Below, in pieces: positions 9,896 through 18,902 of a stretch of 64,000 nucleotides of DNA. The DNA comes from an uncultured delta proteobacterium. GTDB taxonomy: Bacteria > Desulfobacterota > Syntrophobacteria > BM002. The stretch covers positions 64,001 to 128,000 of the forward strand of contig CAVQGX010000042.1 of the NCBI GenBank assembly GCA_963712115.1. Reading direction: 5' to 3'. The position numbers and the translations under genes are program-made. Each line of letters opens with the position of its first letter. The stretch's first letter is position 1. The notes below the pieces were generated by a model. It made no database searches. It was not told the origin of the DNA and worked only from the letters and a program-made list of their open reading frames with translations.

Positions 9896-10465
9896 TCACT
9901 CTACTACCAGCCTCCGACCCAACTCATAAGCTTGCTGCAATACTTCCTTTTGTTTCCTCACCTCACCCTTAGCATCTACTCCCCGCACCAAGAGTTCATC
10001 CTTGTAAGTTACATCGATGGCATCGAAAAAATATTTGATCGTCAGTCTCACCCCATCAAAAAGCTTTTTTCCCCGGGTAGCTGCTACCGAGATAAATGCT
10101 CCCTGGCGATCGGGAACGGGGGAGACCGGCAACTTCAAAATATACTTTTTTGCCCATAAAGACTGACATCTGTCAATCATTGCTTTGGTCCAGGCCGAGA
10201 CACTGTAAAAAAATATGGGTGAAGCTATGATGATTCTCTGGGCTTGCTCGATTTTCGGGAAAAGATCCTGCATATCGTCTTTAATTGCACATACTCCATC
10301 CTTAGCACATTTATAGATCTCCAAGCACGGTGTGATTTTAAGATCTCGCAATACGACTTTCTCACAGGAGCCGCCCTGGTCGCTCGCACCCCGCAGCGCC
10401 TCATCTAAAAGAATTTCAGTATTTCCACCTCTCCTCGGACTACCGAGGATACTAAGTACTTTCAT
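9896..10465 (-). CDS. Flavodoxin family / NADPH-dependent FMN reductase (Isf-like)
   Basis: GSPRRGGNT, C.IKDDM, ASPIFF, KAMIDR. Confidence 0.9.
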   Translation of the reverse strand: MKVLSILGSPRRGGNTEILLDEALRGASDQGGSCEKVVLRDLKITPCLEIYKCAKDGVCAIKDDMQDLFPKIEQAQRIIIASPIFFYSVSAWTKAMIDRCQSLWAKKYILKLPVSPVPDRQGAFISVAATRGKKLFDGVRLTIKYFFDAIDVTYKDELLVRGVDAKGEVRKQKEVLQQAYELGRRLVVE

Positions 10466-10551
10466 GCTCCTCTCCCCGCCGCACCACGATTATTTCCGCT
10501 ATTCTCGCCACCTGGAGGAATTCCACCCTACTTGAGGCCGACCTTATCTTA

Positions 10552-10601
10552 AGGTTTCAGGTGTCAGGTTTCAGAAATGATATACCCGAACACTGAAACC
10601 T
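10552..10601. repeat. Heptamer palindrome (GTTTCAG / CTGAAAC)
   Basis: aggtttcaggtgtcaggtttcag ... ccgaacactgaaacct; same family at about 56510-56582. Confidence 0.7.
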
Positions 10602-10639
10602 TAGTCATTGTGATTTGTTATTTGGAATTTCAGTCACTT

Positions 10640-10725
10640 CAACACTCCAATACTCCAAAAGCGCTCTTCATCTGTATCTGCAAAGCTATTGAAACTTGAC
10701 CTGGCCCAGAGGACCAGGTTTTCTA
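10640..10725 (-). repeat. Dispersed ~80-bp repeat, copy 2
   Basis: Reverse complement aligns with 7270-7350. Confidence 0.75.
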
Positions 10726-10760
10726 TGATTAAACAAATTAGACAACAAAAATCCTCTTTC

Positions 10761-10776
10761 TGGCAAAGACCTTGCA
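10761..10776 (+). promoter_or_regulatory. Putative sigma-54 (-24/-12) promoter
   Basis: TGGCAAAGACCTTGCA, exact GG-N10-GC spacing. Confidence 0.5.
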
Positions 10777-10891
10777 AGCATACTTAGGGAATTCTCAACA
10801 AGACAAAATGTCACCTCTACTGTCGAGCGACCATGTTACACCAAAATAACCCACGGGAAAAGTACAAGAGCTTTGTTGGCTTTCGGAAGTC

Positions 10892-10900
10892 TGCTATAAT
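10892..10900 (+). promoter_or_regulatory. Extended -10 promoter element
   Basis: TGCTATAAT about 50 nt before ATG 10952. Confidence 0.5.
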
Positions 10901-10951
10901 TGCTTGCCTGTCACTTGTATGCTCTTGTGCTTTGCTTTGAGATGAGCACTT

Positions 10952-12052
10952 ATGGCTTTACTTAGAGTCACTCTGATCGCCGAGAAAGTCTCCGACTGTG
11001 CCATTTATGCAAAGGGCGACCAAATCACTATAGACTACCCGGAAATTGTCCTGGAAGAAACCGACAAAATCTGCATCTCGGCCCTAAATCAGTGCCAGCC
11101 ATACATCCTGCCGCTGTCTCGAGGAGTAGCTTTCGCCACCCTGGGTATTGGTGAAGAGCTTGGCAGCTTGCGTTGCTGCTGCAATATGGGTAGTGTCATT
11201 TTCAATGTCATCAAAAGACGCTCTCGTGCATCCATCACCCCGGAAACACTGAAGCGTCTGGCAGACCTGAAACTTGACCTGTCAAAGCTTCAATCCATGC
11301 CTATATTTGAGCCCCTTCCAGAAGCTTCTCTGGAAAAGATCATTCCCCTTCTTCAACTTCAACAGATCAACACAGGAACCGACATCATTCAGCAGGGTGA
11401 CGTGGGTGAGTTTCTTTATGTAATTACCAAGGGGGAGGTGTTGGTGTTGCGTCAGGGTGGGCAGGTTCGGGAAGAAGTGATTGCCAATCTGCCGGAAGGA
11501 GAGTGTTTCGGTGAAATGTCACTGATTTCTGGTGAACCCATCTCAGCTACCATCAGAGCGAAAACCCCGGTTACCTTGCTTCAGATAAGCAAGAAAAACT
11601 TTGATCAGCTTGTCCGGGATAATCCTTCACTGAGCATCTATTTCACAAAACTACTTACCCAGCGATTGCAGAGGACCAGTACGAGGATGGCGGAAACTCT
11701 GGACAAAGGCATGCTTGGAAGTATTGAGACCTTCAGTATTCCTGAACTCGTCCAAACCCTCGCACTCAACGGTAGAACCGGCGTATTAGTGATCTCCAGC
11801 AAGAGAGGTGAGGCTGAAATTTCCTTCGAGAGAGGTTTCATTTACCAGGTAACACTTGGAGATTTTCTCGGAGAACAAGCCTTTTACCAGCTACTTGCCT
11901 GGCAGGAGGGGCAGTTCCAGTTTCAGTCTGCCGAGACTCTTTCCATTAAACGACAGGTGCAAAAAGACACCATGCATCTGCTGATGGAAGGCTTGCGCCG
12001 CCTGGACGAGGACAGATCTGGCCTCTTGCAGCCAAAACACTCTGCTGACTGA
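10952..12052 (+). CDS. Cys-rich N-terminal (TIGR04076-like) + cNMP-binding + DUF4388 signalling protein
   Basis: C..Y..GD...IC..AL...RCCC; FGEMSLI; G.IETFSIPELVQTL....RTGVL...W.EG.F.F. Confidence 0.75.
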   Translation: MALLRVTLIAEKVSDCAIYAKGDQITIDYPEIVLEETDKICISALNQCQPYILPLSRGVAFATLGIGEELGSLRCCCNMGSVIFNVIKRRSRASITPETLKRLADLKLDLSKLQSMPIFEPLPEASLEKIIPLLQLQQINTGTDIIQQGDVGEFLYVITKGEVLVLRQGGQVREEVIANLPEGECFGEMSLISGEPISATIRAKTPVTLLQISKKNFDQLVRDNPSLSIYFTKLLTQRLQRTSTRMAETLDKGMLGSIETFSIPELVQTLALNGRTGVLVISSKRGEAEISFERGFIYQVTLGDFLGEQAFYQLLAWQEGQFQFQSAETLSIKRQVQKDTMHLLMEGLRRLDEDRSGLLQPKHSAD

Positions 12053-12055
12053 AAC

Positions 12056-13135
12056 CTACAAATACTGCTCCATACCGCGCTGTTTCATTAGATCAAGAAC
12101 CTTGCCAATATCCTGGGCTCTATTCACAGGACAGACCAGTAGGGCGTCTTCAGTATCCACCACAATCAGGTCATCCACCCCAAGAAGGACGCAAAGTTTC
12201 TCCTGACAGAAGACAACATTGCCTTGGGATTCCATGGCCACAATTTCACCCTGGTTGACATTTCCCTGATCATCTTTGGGCCAGATTTGTGCCATGGAGG
12301 CCCATGTCCCCAAGTCGTTCCAGCCAAAATCAGCAGGTATCATCAGGACATTACCAGCCTTTTCCATCACACCACAGTCTATGGAAATGGACTCCAGATC
12401 GGGATAGATGTGGTTGATCTCCTGTTCCAGACCATCTGCATCCAAAAAAGGCTTTAGTTTATGGAGATCTGTGTAGAGGCCAGGTAAATACTTTTTCATT
12501 TGCGCCAAAATAGCTTCAGGCTGCCAAACAAACATGCCACTGTTCCAGAAAAAATTACCCTTTTCCAAATAATGTTTGGCCCGTTCAACGTCAGGTTTCT
12601 CATGAAAGGAAGTAACTCTATAGAATTTGTGCTCTTGCACCTTATCCAGCTGTTCCCCCGCCTCAATATAGCCGTAGCCGGTCTCAGGTGATGCGGGGCG
12701 AATACCCAAAGTAACCAGGGCTGGCTGTTTTCGAGCCATTGCTACCGCTGCCCTTAAAGTGGACAGAAACAGGTCCTCATCAGCAATCAGGTGGTCCGCT
12801 GGCAGTACTACCATTATTGCACTTGGGTCACGATGTTGCACCAGAAGAGCAGCTAAACCTATACATGCGGCTGTGTTTCGTCCAACTGGTTCCAGGAAGA
12901 TATTTTCAGCCGGAAGCTCAGCCAGTTGAATGCGCAACTCCTCTCCGTGATCTTCACCAGCCACCACTAGAATATTTTCCACCGGGAGCAAACTACCGAT
13001 CCGCGCTATGGTCTGTTGCAACATTGAACGTCGTCCCACAATATTGAGAAGTTGCTTGGGTTTCTTCTCTCTGCTCCTAGGCCAGAATCTGGTACCCTTG
13101 CCTCCAGCCATGATTACCGCGTACATCGCCTTCAC
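12056..13135 (-). CDS. manC: Mannose-1-phosphate guanylyltransferase
   Basis: AGGKGTRFWPRSR..PKQ, EPVGRNTA, PETGYGYI, WNSGMF, WNDLG. Confidence 0.92.
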   Translation of the reverse strand: MKAMYAVIMAGGKGTRFWPRSREKKPKQLLNIVGRRSMLQQTIARIGSLLPVENILVVAGEDHGEELRIQLAELPAENIFLEPVGRNTAACIGLAALLVQHRDPSAIMVVLPADHLIADEDLFLSTLRAAVAMARKQPALVTLGIRPASPETGYGYIEAGEQLDKVQEHKFYRVTSFHEKPDVERAKHYLEKGNFFWNSGMFVWQPEAILAQMKKYLPGLYTDLHKLKPFLDADGLEQEINHIYPDLESISIDCGVMEKAGNVLMIPADFGWNDLGTWASMAQIWPKDDQGNVNQGEIVAMESQGNVVFCQEKLCVLLGVDDLIVVDTEDALLVCPVNRAQDIGKVLDLMKQRGMEQYL

Positions 13136-13332
13136 ACCTCCTTTTCGACTTGAGCTTTATCTTCAGCAAAGGGGTTGGACCAGTATACGGTCTCATTGGC
13201 TATTTGTCATTTGGCATTTCACATTTCTCATTACGCATTAAACCTAATCAGGTTTGCCCGTCTCGGTCAAACTCTGGCGAAGTCGGCATCCACCCGATGA
13301 TTGTCTGTTTAGCAACGGACTACGGACACCCC

Positions 13333-13364
13333 TAGCCCGGATGATTCATGAATTATCCGGGCTA
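13333..13364. repeat. 32-bp near-perfect palindrome
   Basis: TAGCCCGGATGATTCATGAATTATCCGGGCTA; half-sites near 59665 and 61170. Confidence 0.7.
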
Positions 13365-13483
13365 ACCATGAAAGAATTTTACAGAGAACTTCCAGGTATG
13401 TTAAATTAAGGTTTTCCTACAGTCTCAAAGCAACATTAGGGTATAGAATCCTGTTACTGAATGAGATCGGTGAGAAAGGACTG

Positions 13484-13714
13484 ATGGTTATGGAAACAGA
13501 TATCGATTACAAGAAAGTTGGAGAACGTCTCCAGAATTTTAGGGAAGTTCGTGGACTCACTCGAGCTGTGATCGCTCAAAGGCTGGGCATAAGTGAAAAA
13601 GCCCTTGAGGATATGGAAACAGGAAAAAAGAAGCTCTCTCCGGAAAACATCGAGGTCCTGAGAGAGACATTCTCGTTGGATCCTGCCTGGCTCCTTGGCG
13701 GCCAGAATCTATAA
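13484..13714 (+). CDS. XRE-family HTH regulator
   Basis: GERL..FRE.RGLT...A.RLGIS......METG...WLLG. Confidence 0.85.
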   Translation: MVMETDIDYKKVGERLQNFREVRGLTRAVIAQRLGISEKALEDMETGKKKLSPENIEVLRETFSLDPAWLLGGQNL

Positions 13715-13846
13715 GAATTTTTTACTCACAAACGTTTGCCGGCTCTATATTGCTATTCTTAAGAGCAATTATACAGTCCTTCCATTTTTTCCGCGCCACG
13801 AATGGCCGGGCAAATTCCAATTAGGCACTATATTTAAGGCTAGCCA

Positions 13847-14749
13847 ATGATGCGAGCAGACAAAATATTGATTCTTTGCACCGCAGTGGTCGTCATTCTA
13901 ATTTGCTCATCCTGTCCTAAGACCGAGCAAGGAGTTCGGACAGAACTGATAGAACTGCAGACCACTGATGGAGTGAGACTGGAATCCGTCTTGCGTGAGC
14001 CTTACCCTGCCCGGGCCAAAGGCGGAGTGGTTATGGTTCATGGATATGGGGGAAATTTCTACTCCGGAATTATGGCCTTTCTTCCCGAGGCCCTATCTCG
14101 CCGTGGCTTCGCTACTTTGGCCCTTAACATGCGAGACCACGACTTGGGCCCCAAAAAAAATCTATTTGAAGAGAATCTGCCAGACATCGTGGCAGGTGTG
14201 GATGAAATGGCTCGACACGGCTATGAAGCTCTCTTCCTCTATGGCCACAGCATGGGAACCAACCGAGTCCTCTTTTATCTGGCAGAAACCCAAGACCCGA
14301 GGATTGCCGGAATAATTCTTACGGGGTCCCCAGGAAACCTTTTCCAATGGAATGTGAGAACCTTCGGCCTGGAAGCAGCGACTCAAGTTCTCCACCGGGC
14401 CCAGGAGCTCAAGGCCGAAGGCAAAGGTGATAACTGGATGCTCATTAACCTTGGCCCACTTGGCAAGACTCTCTACACAGCCAACCATGTGGTAAGTCTC
14501 AGGGGCCCACAAACCCTCTCCGACCCATTCATGAACATTGCCCGCCTTGCCAAACCGGTTCTTGCAGTCCACGGTCTGGCTGATCGCCTCGCGGATCCCC
14601 AGGTGGCAGATCAACTCAAGAACAACGCGGGAACCGGGAGTTCCGTGACGGTTAGGAAGATTGGAGGTGCAGACCACCGTTTCCTCAACCATGAAAAGGA
14701 ATTAGAGGAGATTATTGTTCAGTGGTTAGTTGAAAAAATCAGACAATAA
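13847..14749 (+). CDS. Secreted/lipoprotein alpha/beta hydrolase
   Basis: Signal peptide; VHG, GHSMG nucleophile, HG.AD, GADH. Confidence 0.85.
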   Translation: MMRADKILILCTAVVVILICSSCPKTEQGVRTELIELQTTDGVRLESVLREPYPARAKGGVVMVHGYGGNFYSGIMAFLPEALSRRGFATLALNMRDHDLGPKKNLFEENLPDIVAGVDEMARHGYEALFLYGHSMGTNRVLFYLAETQDPRIAGIILTGSPGNLFQWNVRTFGLEAATQVLHRAQELKAEGKGDNWMLINLGPLGKTLYTANHVVSLRGPQTLSDPFMNIARLAKPVLAVHGLADRLADPQVADQLKNNAGTGSSVTVRKIGGADHRFLNHEKELEEIIVQWLVEKIRQ

Positions 14750-14791
14750 AGTACCTCCATGGGAAGAACCGAGGACCAGAGCATAAGTGGA

Positions 14792-14990
14792 AAATTCGAA
14801 ATCCTAAGCACGAAGCACTAAACAAATTCAAAATCCTAATTCTTCAATGCTCAAAACAAAACCAGCCTTAAATACTTGTCTAAAATTTCGGTCATTTGAA
14901 ACCGGGGCCCCGCCCGAAGGGTGGGGACTCCGAAGGAGAATTTTGAAAATTTGAATTTGTTTCGGATTTCGATATTAGATATTCGGATTT
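14792..14990. repeat. Long palindromic element family A, copy 1, with a 40-bp GC-rich insert
   Basis: aaatcctaagcacgaagcactaaacaaat ... atttgtttcggatttcgatattagatattcggattt. Confidence 0.85.
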
Positions 14991-15037
14991 AAAACATGGA
15001 GTAATAAGAGCGCTCTTATCGAACTAGGAGATGCGCC

Positions 15038-16411
15038 ATGAAAAAGAGATTAATAGTAATAGGTGGTGGTGCTGGGGGACCCAGTGCTGCCGCCAAAGCT
15101 AAGCGGGTTAACCCAGATCTGGAGGTGACCATACTGGAGGGTGGGGAGCACGTCTCTTTTTCTGCCTGACCAACACCTTATTACATCGGCGATGTAATCA
15201 GGGATGAGGCTAAGCTGATTGCCCGAACACCCGAAGCCTTTGCCAAGTCTGGCATTGAGGTAAAGCTCCATACTAAGGTGGTCACCATACGACCAGAGCA
15301 AAAGCTGGTAGAAATCGCCACCGGTGAAACACTTCCTTTCGACTATCTCATGGTGGCCACTGGTGCAACCCCCCGCTTGCCCTCCGTTCCCGGGCTTGAT
15401 CTTGACGGGATCTTTTGTTTAAGGAACGTTGCTGACGCTATTCGCATAAAAAGCTTCATTCGGCAAAGGAATGCCAGACGAGCGGTGATAGTGGGGGCTG
15501 GCTTAATATCCCTCGAGGTGTGCGAAGCCTTTAGGCGACTTGGACTCGAGACCACAGTTGTTTATCGAAAAGATCTTCCCATGAGGAGACTAGGCGAAGA
15601 CTTCGCTGAGCAGATACTCATTGAACTCGAATCCAATGGCACAAACTTCATGGGTGGCACAGAGTTGGAGAGTTTTGAGCCAACAGACTCCGGAACCATC
15701 ATCGTTCACACTAGTAATGGCGCTTTAGAGTCCGATCTTGTGTTAATTGGCATCGGTGTTGTTCCAGAGGTTTCTCTTGCCTCAGAGGCTGGCATCGAAC
15801 TAGGTCCAACCGGTGCCATTGCGACAAATGAGTATATGCAAACCAACTTCCCCTTTATCTATGCGGCTGGAGATTGTTGCGAGTGCTTTCATCGCATTAG
15901 CCGCAAACCGGTGTATGCTCCCCTTGGAGATATTGCCAACAAACAAGGTCGCATTGCCGGTACTAACATCGGTGGCCAGAACGTTTTGTTTCCCGGAATC
16001 GTGGGATCCATTTGCTTCAAGGTGTTTAATCTGGAAGTTGCCAGCACTGGCCTGACCTTGGAAGAAGCCGAGAAAGCGGGATTTAAAGCAGATTCTTCTA
16101 CTATTCAAGGTGTCTCTAAGGCACACAGCTATCCCGATAGCCGTGAACTCAAAATCCGCTTAGTTGCCGACACTGAAACCGGCCAATTTCTCGGAGCTCA
16201 GTCTGTGGGTGGTGACGGGGTGGTCTCCAGGATCAACGCCTTGGCAGTTGCCTTGACCGGCGGATTGTCCATAGAAGAACTGGCTTATGTTGATCTGGCC
16301 TACGCCCCACCCTTCTCGGGCGCCTGGGATCCCATCCACATAGCAGCACAAAAACTCTGTAAAGTGACGAATACCAAGGAATTGTTGTCATTTGGTAGAT
16401 TTAAGATCTGA
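15038..16411 (+). CDS. Selenocysteine-containing CoA-disulfide reductase / NADH oxidase family flavoprotein (457 aa, Sec44)
   Basis: AGGAG RBS; [14 protein letters not shown]...VSFSA-TGA(15167)-PTPYYIG in frame with ORF 15278-16411; C-terminal DLAYAPPFS. Confidence 0.9.
15176..15203 (+). promoter_or_regulatory. Bacterial SECIS hairpin
   Basis: CCTT-ATTACATC-GGC-GATGTAAT-CAGGG; apical G about 19 nt after UGA. Confidence 0.75.
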
Positions 16412-16582
16412 GATTGAGACAACTTGAGATTAAAATGAAATCCTAGTCATTGTGGTTTATCATTGCAATCTACAATCCAAAATAGCCATTACTCCCCTAC
16501 CCCAGAGTTTGCCGGGAGAAGGATTGTGACTTATAATTCCTTCAGTGACGAGTGGTCGTCTGGCAAAGAATGAGGTGCCCTC

Positions 16583-17137
16583 TTGAAAGTACTCCTCCAC
16601 ATGTGCTGTGCACCATGTTCCATTTACCCTCTCGAGATCTTGCAGGGTGAAGGAGCACGCGTCTTTGGCTTCTTCTATAACCCCAACATCCATCCCTACC
16701 AGGAATTCCGCCGCCGCCGGCAAGCCGTGGAGCAGTTGGCAGAAAGTCTCGGGTTGGAAATGATCTACCGGGACGAATATGACGTTGTGAGTTTTTTGCG
16801 CCAGGTGGTATTTCGGGAGTCTCAGCGTTGTCCCATTTGCTATGACTTGCGTCTCGATGCGGCTGCGCAGTTGGCAAAAAAAAGCCACCTGGACGGCTTT
16901 ACCAGTACCCTCCTCTACAGTAAGCGTCAAAACCACGAATTAATTTGTCAGTTAGGCGAAGAGATCGGTCGCCGACGGGGGATACCCTTCATCTGCCGAG
17001 ATTTCCGCCAGGGTTGGGAAGAGGGTATAGAAAAATCAAAAGAAATGAATCTATACAGGCAGGAATACTGCGGCTGCATTTATAGCGAGGAGGAAAGATA
17101 TTTAGGAGTCCGTCGTGAGAAATCGCATGGCGCATAG
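16583..17137 (+). CDS. queH: Epoxyqueuosine reductase (DUF208)
   Basis: LLHMCCAPCS, YNPNIHP, RC..CY, LYRQ.YCGC. Confidence 0.92.
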   Translation: MKVLLHMCCAPCSIYPLEILQGEGARVFGFFYNPNIHPYQEFRRRRQAVEQLAESLGLEMIYRDEYDVVSFLRQVVFRESQRCPICYDLRLDAAAQLAKKSHLDGFTSTLLYSKRQNHELICQLGEEIGRRRGIPFICRDFRQGWEEGIEKSKEMNLYRQEYCGCIYSEEERYLGVRREKSHGA

Positions 17138-17204
17138 CGCAAAGGGCAGAGCGTATTATGGAGATGGTAACTCCACGCTATGCGCTCTGCGCTTGGCGCT
17201 ATGC
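17125..17204. repeat. Heptamer palindrome (GCATAGC / GCTATGC) between convergent genes
   Basis: gcatggcgcatagcgcaaagggcagagcg ... cgctatgcgctctgcgcttggcgctatgc; family also near 20668, 26576, 44672, 44910, 56473. Confidence 0.8.
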
Positions 17205-17219
17205 GGCGAACAAAGCGAG

Positions 17220-17507
17220 CTAGTCGTAGACAAACACCCGATGAATGGAAGGCGCCCGTAAAAGTCCGTCAATCTGATTTTGCATCTCTTGCCGTTCTTT
17301 ATCCAATTCCCATCTCTTCCAGTCATTCAAAGTGTTCCAAGTACTGATCACCAAGTACTCAGTGGGATCATCTATGGAACGCAACGTCTCCCCGGATATA
17401 TAGCCTTTGGCAAACATGGCCTTACCCCTAAGCTTCATTAGGAGGTTATTTAAACTCGGCTGATTTTCCGGGATAATTTTCCTCTCTATTAAAACTCGAA
17501 TGGCCAT
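17220..17507 (-). CDS. Antibiotic biosynthesis monooxygenase family protein
   Basis: GYISGETL...DP..YLVISTW....W..W. Confidence 0.85.
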   Translation of the reverse strand: MAIRVLIERKIIPENQPSLNNLLMKLRGKAMFAKGYISGETLRSIDDPTEYLVISTWNTLNDWKRWELDKERQEMQNQIDGLLRAPSIHRVFVYD

Positions 17508-17520
17508 TGCCCTCCTCCAC

Positions 17521-17946
17521 CTATTGAGTTTCTACTGACAGTTTCCTGCCATCCAAAACATCTCTAAGGCTCAAAGAGGATAGCTCTTCCATTAGCCGCT
17601 CACTCATGCGAATCCAGATGTCCCGGGTGAGACATTGACTCTCTCGTTCACAGGCCTTGGGATCTTCCACGCAGTCAACGAGGGTCATACCTCCTTCGAG
17701 GGTCTCTATAATCTGCCCAACGCTGATTTTTTCAGGTTTCCTGGCCAGGGTGTATCCTCCCCGAGCTCCGCGAACACTGCGAATAAAACCAGCAGCCTTA
17801 AGCGGAATAATCAATTGTTCCAAGTACTTAACCGAAAGGTCCTGTCGCTTGGCAATTTCTCTCAGAGGAGTTGGACCTTCATCATGGTGAGCCGCCAAGT
17901 CCAACATCATTCTAGTACCGTATCTACCTCTAGTTGATATCTTCAT
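17521..17946 (-). CDS. Rrf2-family regulator with three Cys (IscR/CymR-like)
   Basis: MKISTRGRYG, YLEQL, SVRGARGGY, C-x6-C-x5-C. Confidence 0.92.
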   Translation of the reverse strand: MKISTRGRYGTRMMLDLAAHHDEGPTPLREIAKRQDLSVKYLEQLIIPLKAAGFIRSVRGARGGYTLARKPEKISVGQIIETLEGGMTLVDCVEDPKACERESQCLTRDIWIRMSERLMEELSSLSLRDVLDGRKLSVETQ

Positions 17947-18090
17947 GCACTCCTCCTATGTAAAATCGATGCGATTATAGCAACGCAGCCCTTTTATGTC
18001 CAGAACCTTCCTAAGTCCATCCGATTGCTTCATTAGTCACTCTCTGTCATAATGTTACTCCGCCACTAAACGAACGATGAAGATTACTAG

Positions 18091-18831
18091 ATGACAGAAA
18101 AGCAATCATCTCAAAAAATCAAAGCTTACGTTCGCGAACTATATGCGAAACTTGCAGCACACGGCAGTGCCAACATCAGTTCTGCGCCTATAGCCTGCGG
18201 AGAAGAACTGGCCCACGCTCTCGGATACGACACCTCATTCTTGCCAATTCCCAAAAAAGCTTGGAGATTATTTGCCGGTTGCGGGAACCCTCTTGAAGAG
18301 ATCAGGCTCGGGCTGCACTGGACAGTTTTGGATTTAGGCTGTGGTGTTGGTATTGATAGCCAGATGGCTGCCCTTTCTATGAAGCCACCTGGTAGGGTGA
18401 TCGGCATGGACATCACTAGAGAACTGCTCCATCATGCCAGAGAGTATTCAAGTTCGCACCCTGTTTGTCACTGGCTGACAGGTGATGGGGAGCAGCTTCC
18501 CTTGCGATCAGAGTGTATCGACTTGGTCACGGCCAACGGGTCTTTTAATCTGATGCCCCATAAAGAACAAGCCCTGACAGAGATACATCGAGTGCTTAAG
18601 CCTGGAGGTTATCTCTCTCTGGCAGACCTCATTGCCGTGGATGAGATGGAGCCAATTGTTGAAGGATTCGAGGAAGCCTGGAGCTGGTGCGTAGCCGGGG
18701 CACTCACTGCCGGCGAATACGACTTTTTAATGCGGTCCACTGGATTTTCCTGGTGGGAGCTAAAAGAAAAGAGTAACTATGGTCCTCTGGCCGCCGCCCA
18801 CCTCCTCGCCCGGAAGGGCGTAAGAGACTAG
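18091..18831 (+). CDS. SAM methyltransferase, arsenite methyltransferase (ArsM)-like
   Basis: FAGCGNP, VLDLGCGVG.D, RVLKPGG, WCVAGA. Confidence 0.8.
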   Translation: MTEKQSSQKIKAYVRELYAKLAAHGSANISSAPIACGEELAHALGYDTSFLPIPKKAWRLFAGCGNPLEEIRLGLHWTVLDLGCGVGIDSQMAALSMKPPGRVIGMDITRELLHHAREYSSSHPVCHWLTGDGEQLPLRSECIDLVTANGSFNLMPHKEQALTEIHRVLKPGGYLSLADLIAVDEMEPIVEGFEEAWSWCVAGALTAGEYDFLMRSTGFSWWELKEKSNYGPLAAAHLLARKGVRD

Positions 18832-18902
18832 GAACTAGGGACTAGACACTAAGCACTTTTTAAAATTATTTGGTGCCTAGTGCCTAGTTCTTAGTGTCTA
18901 GT
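18826..18902. repeat. Heptamer palindrome (ACTAGGC / GCCTAGT) containing both convergent stop codons
   Basis: gactaggaactagggactagacactaagcact ... gtgcctagtgcctagttcttagtgtctagt; second copy at 20572-20669. Confidence 0.8.

Noticed and set aside
18670-18710. Possible selenocysteine in the ArsM-like WxCVAGA motif
   Set aside because: The codon is TGC (Cys) and the frame is uninterrupted.
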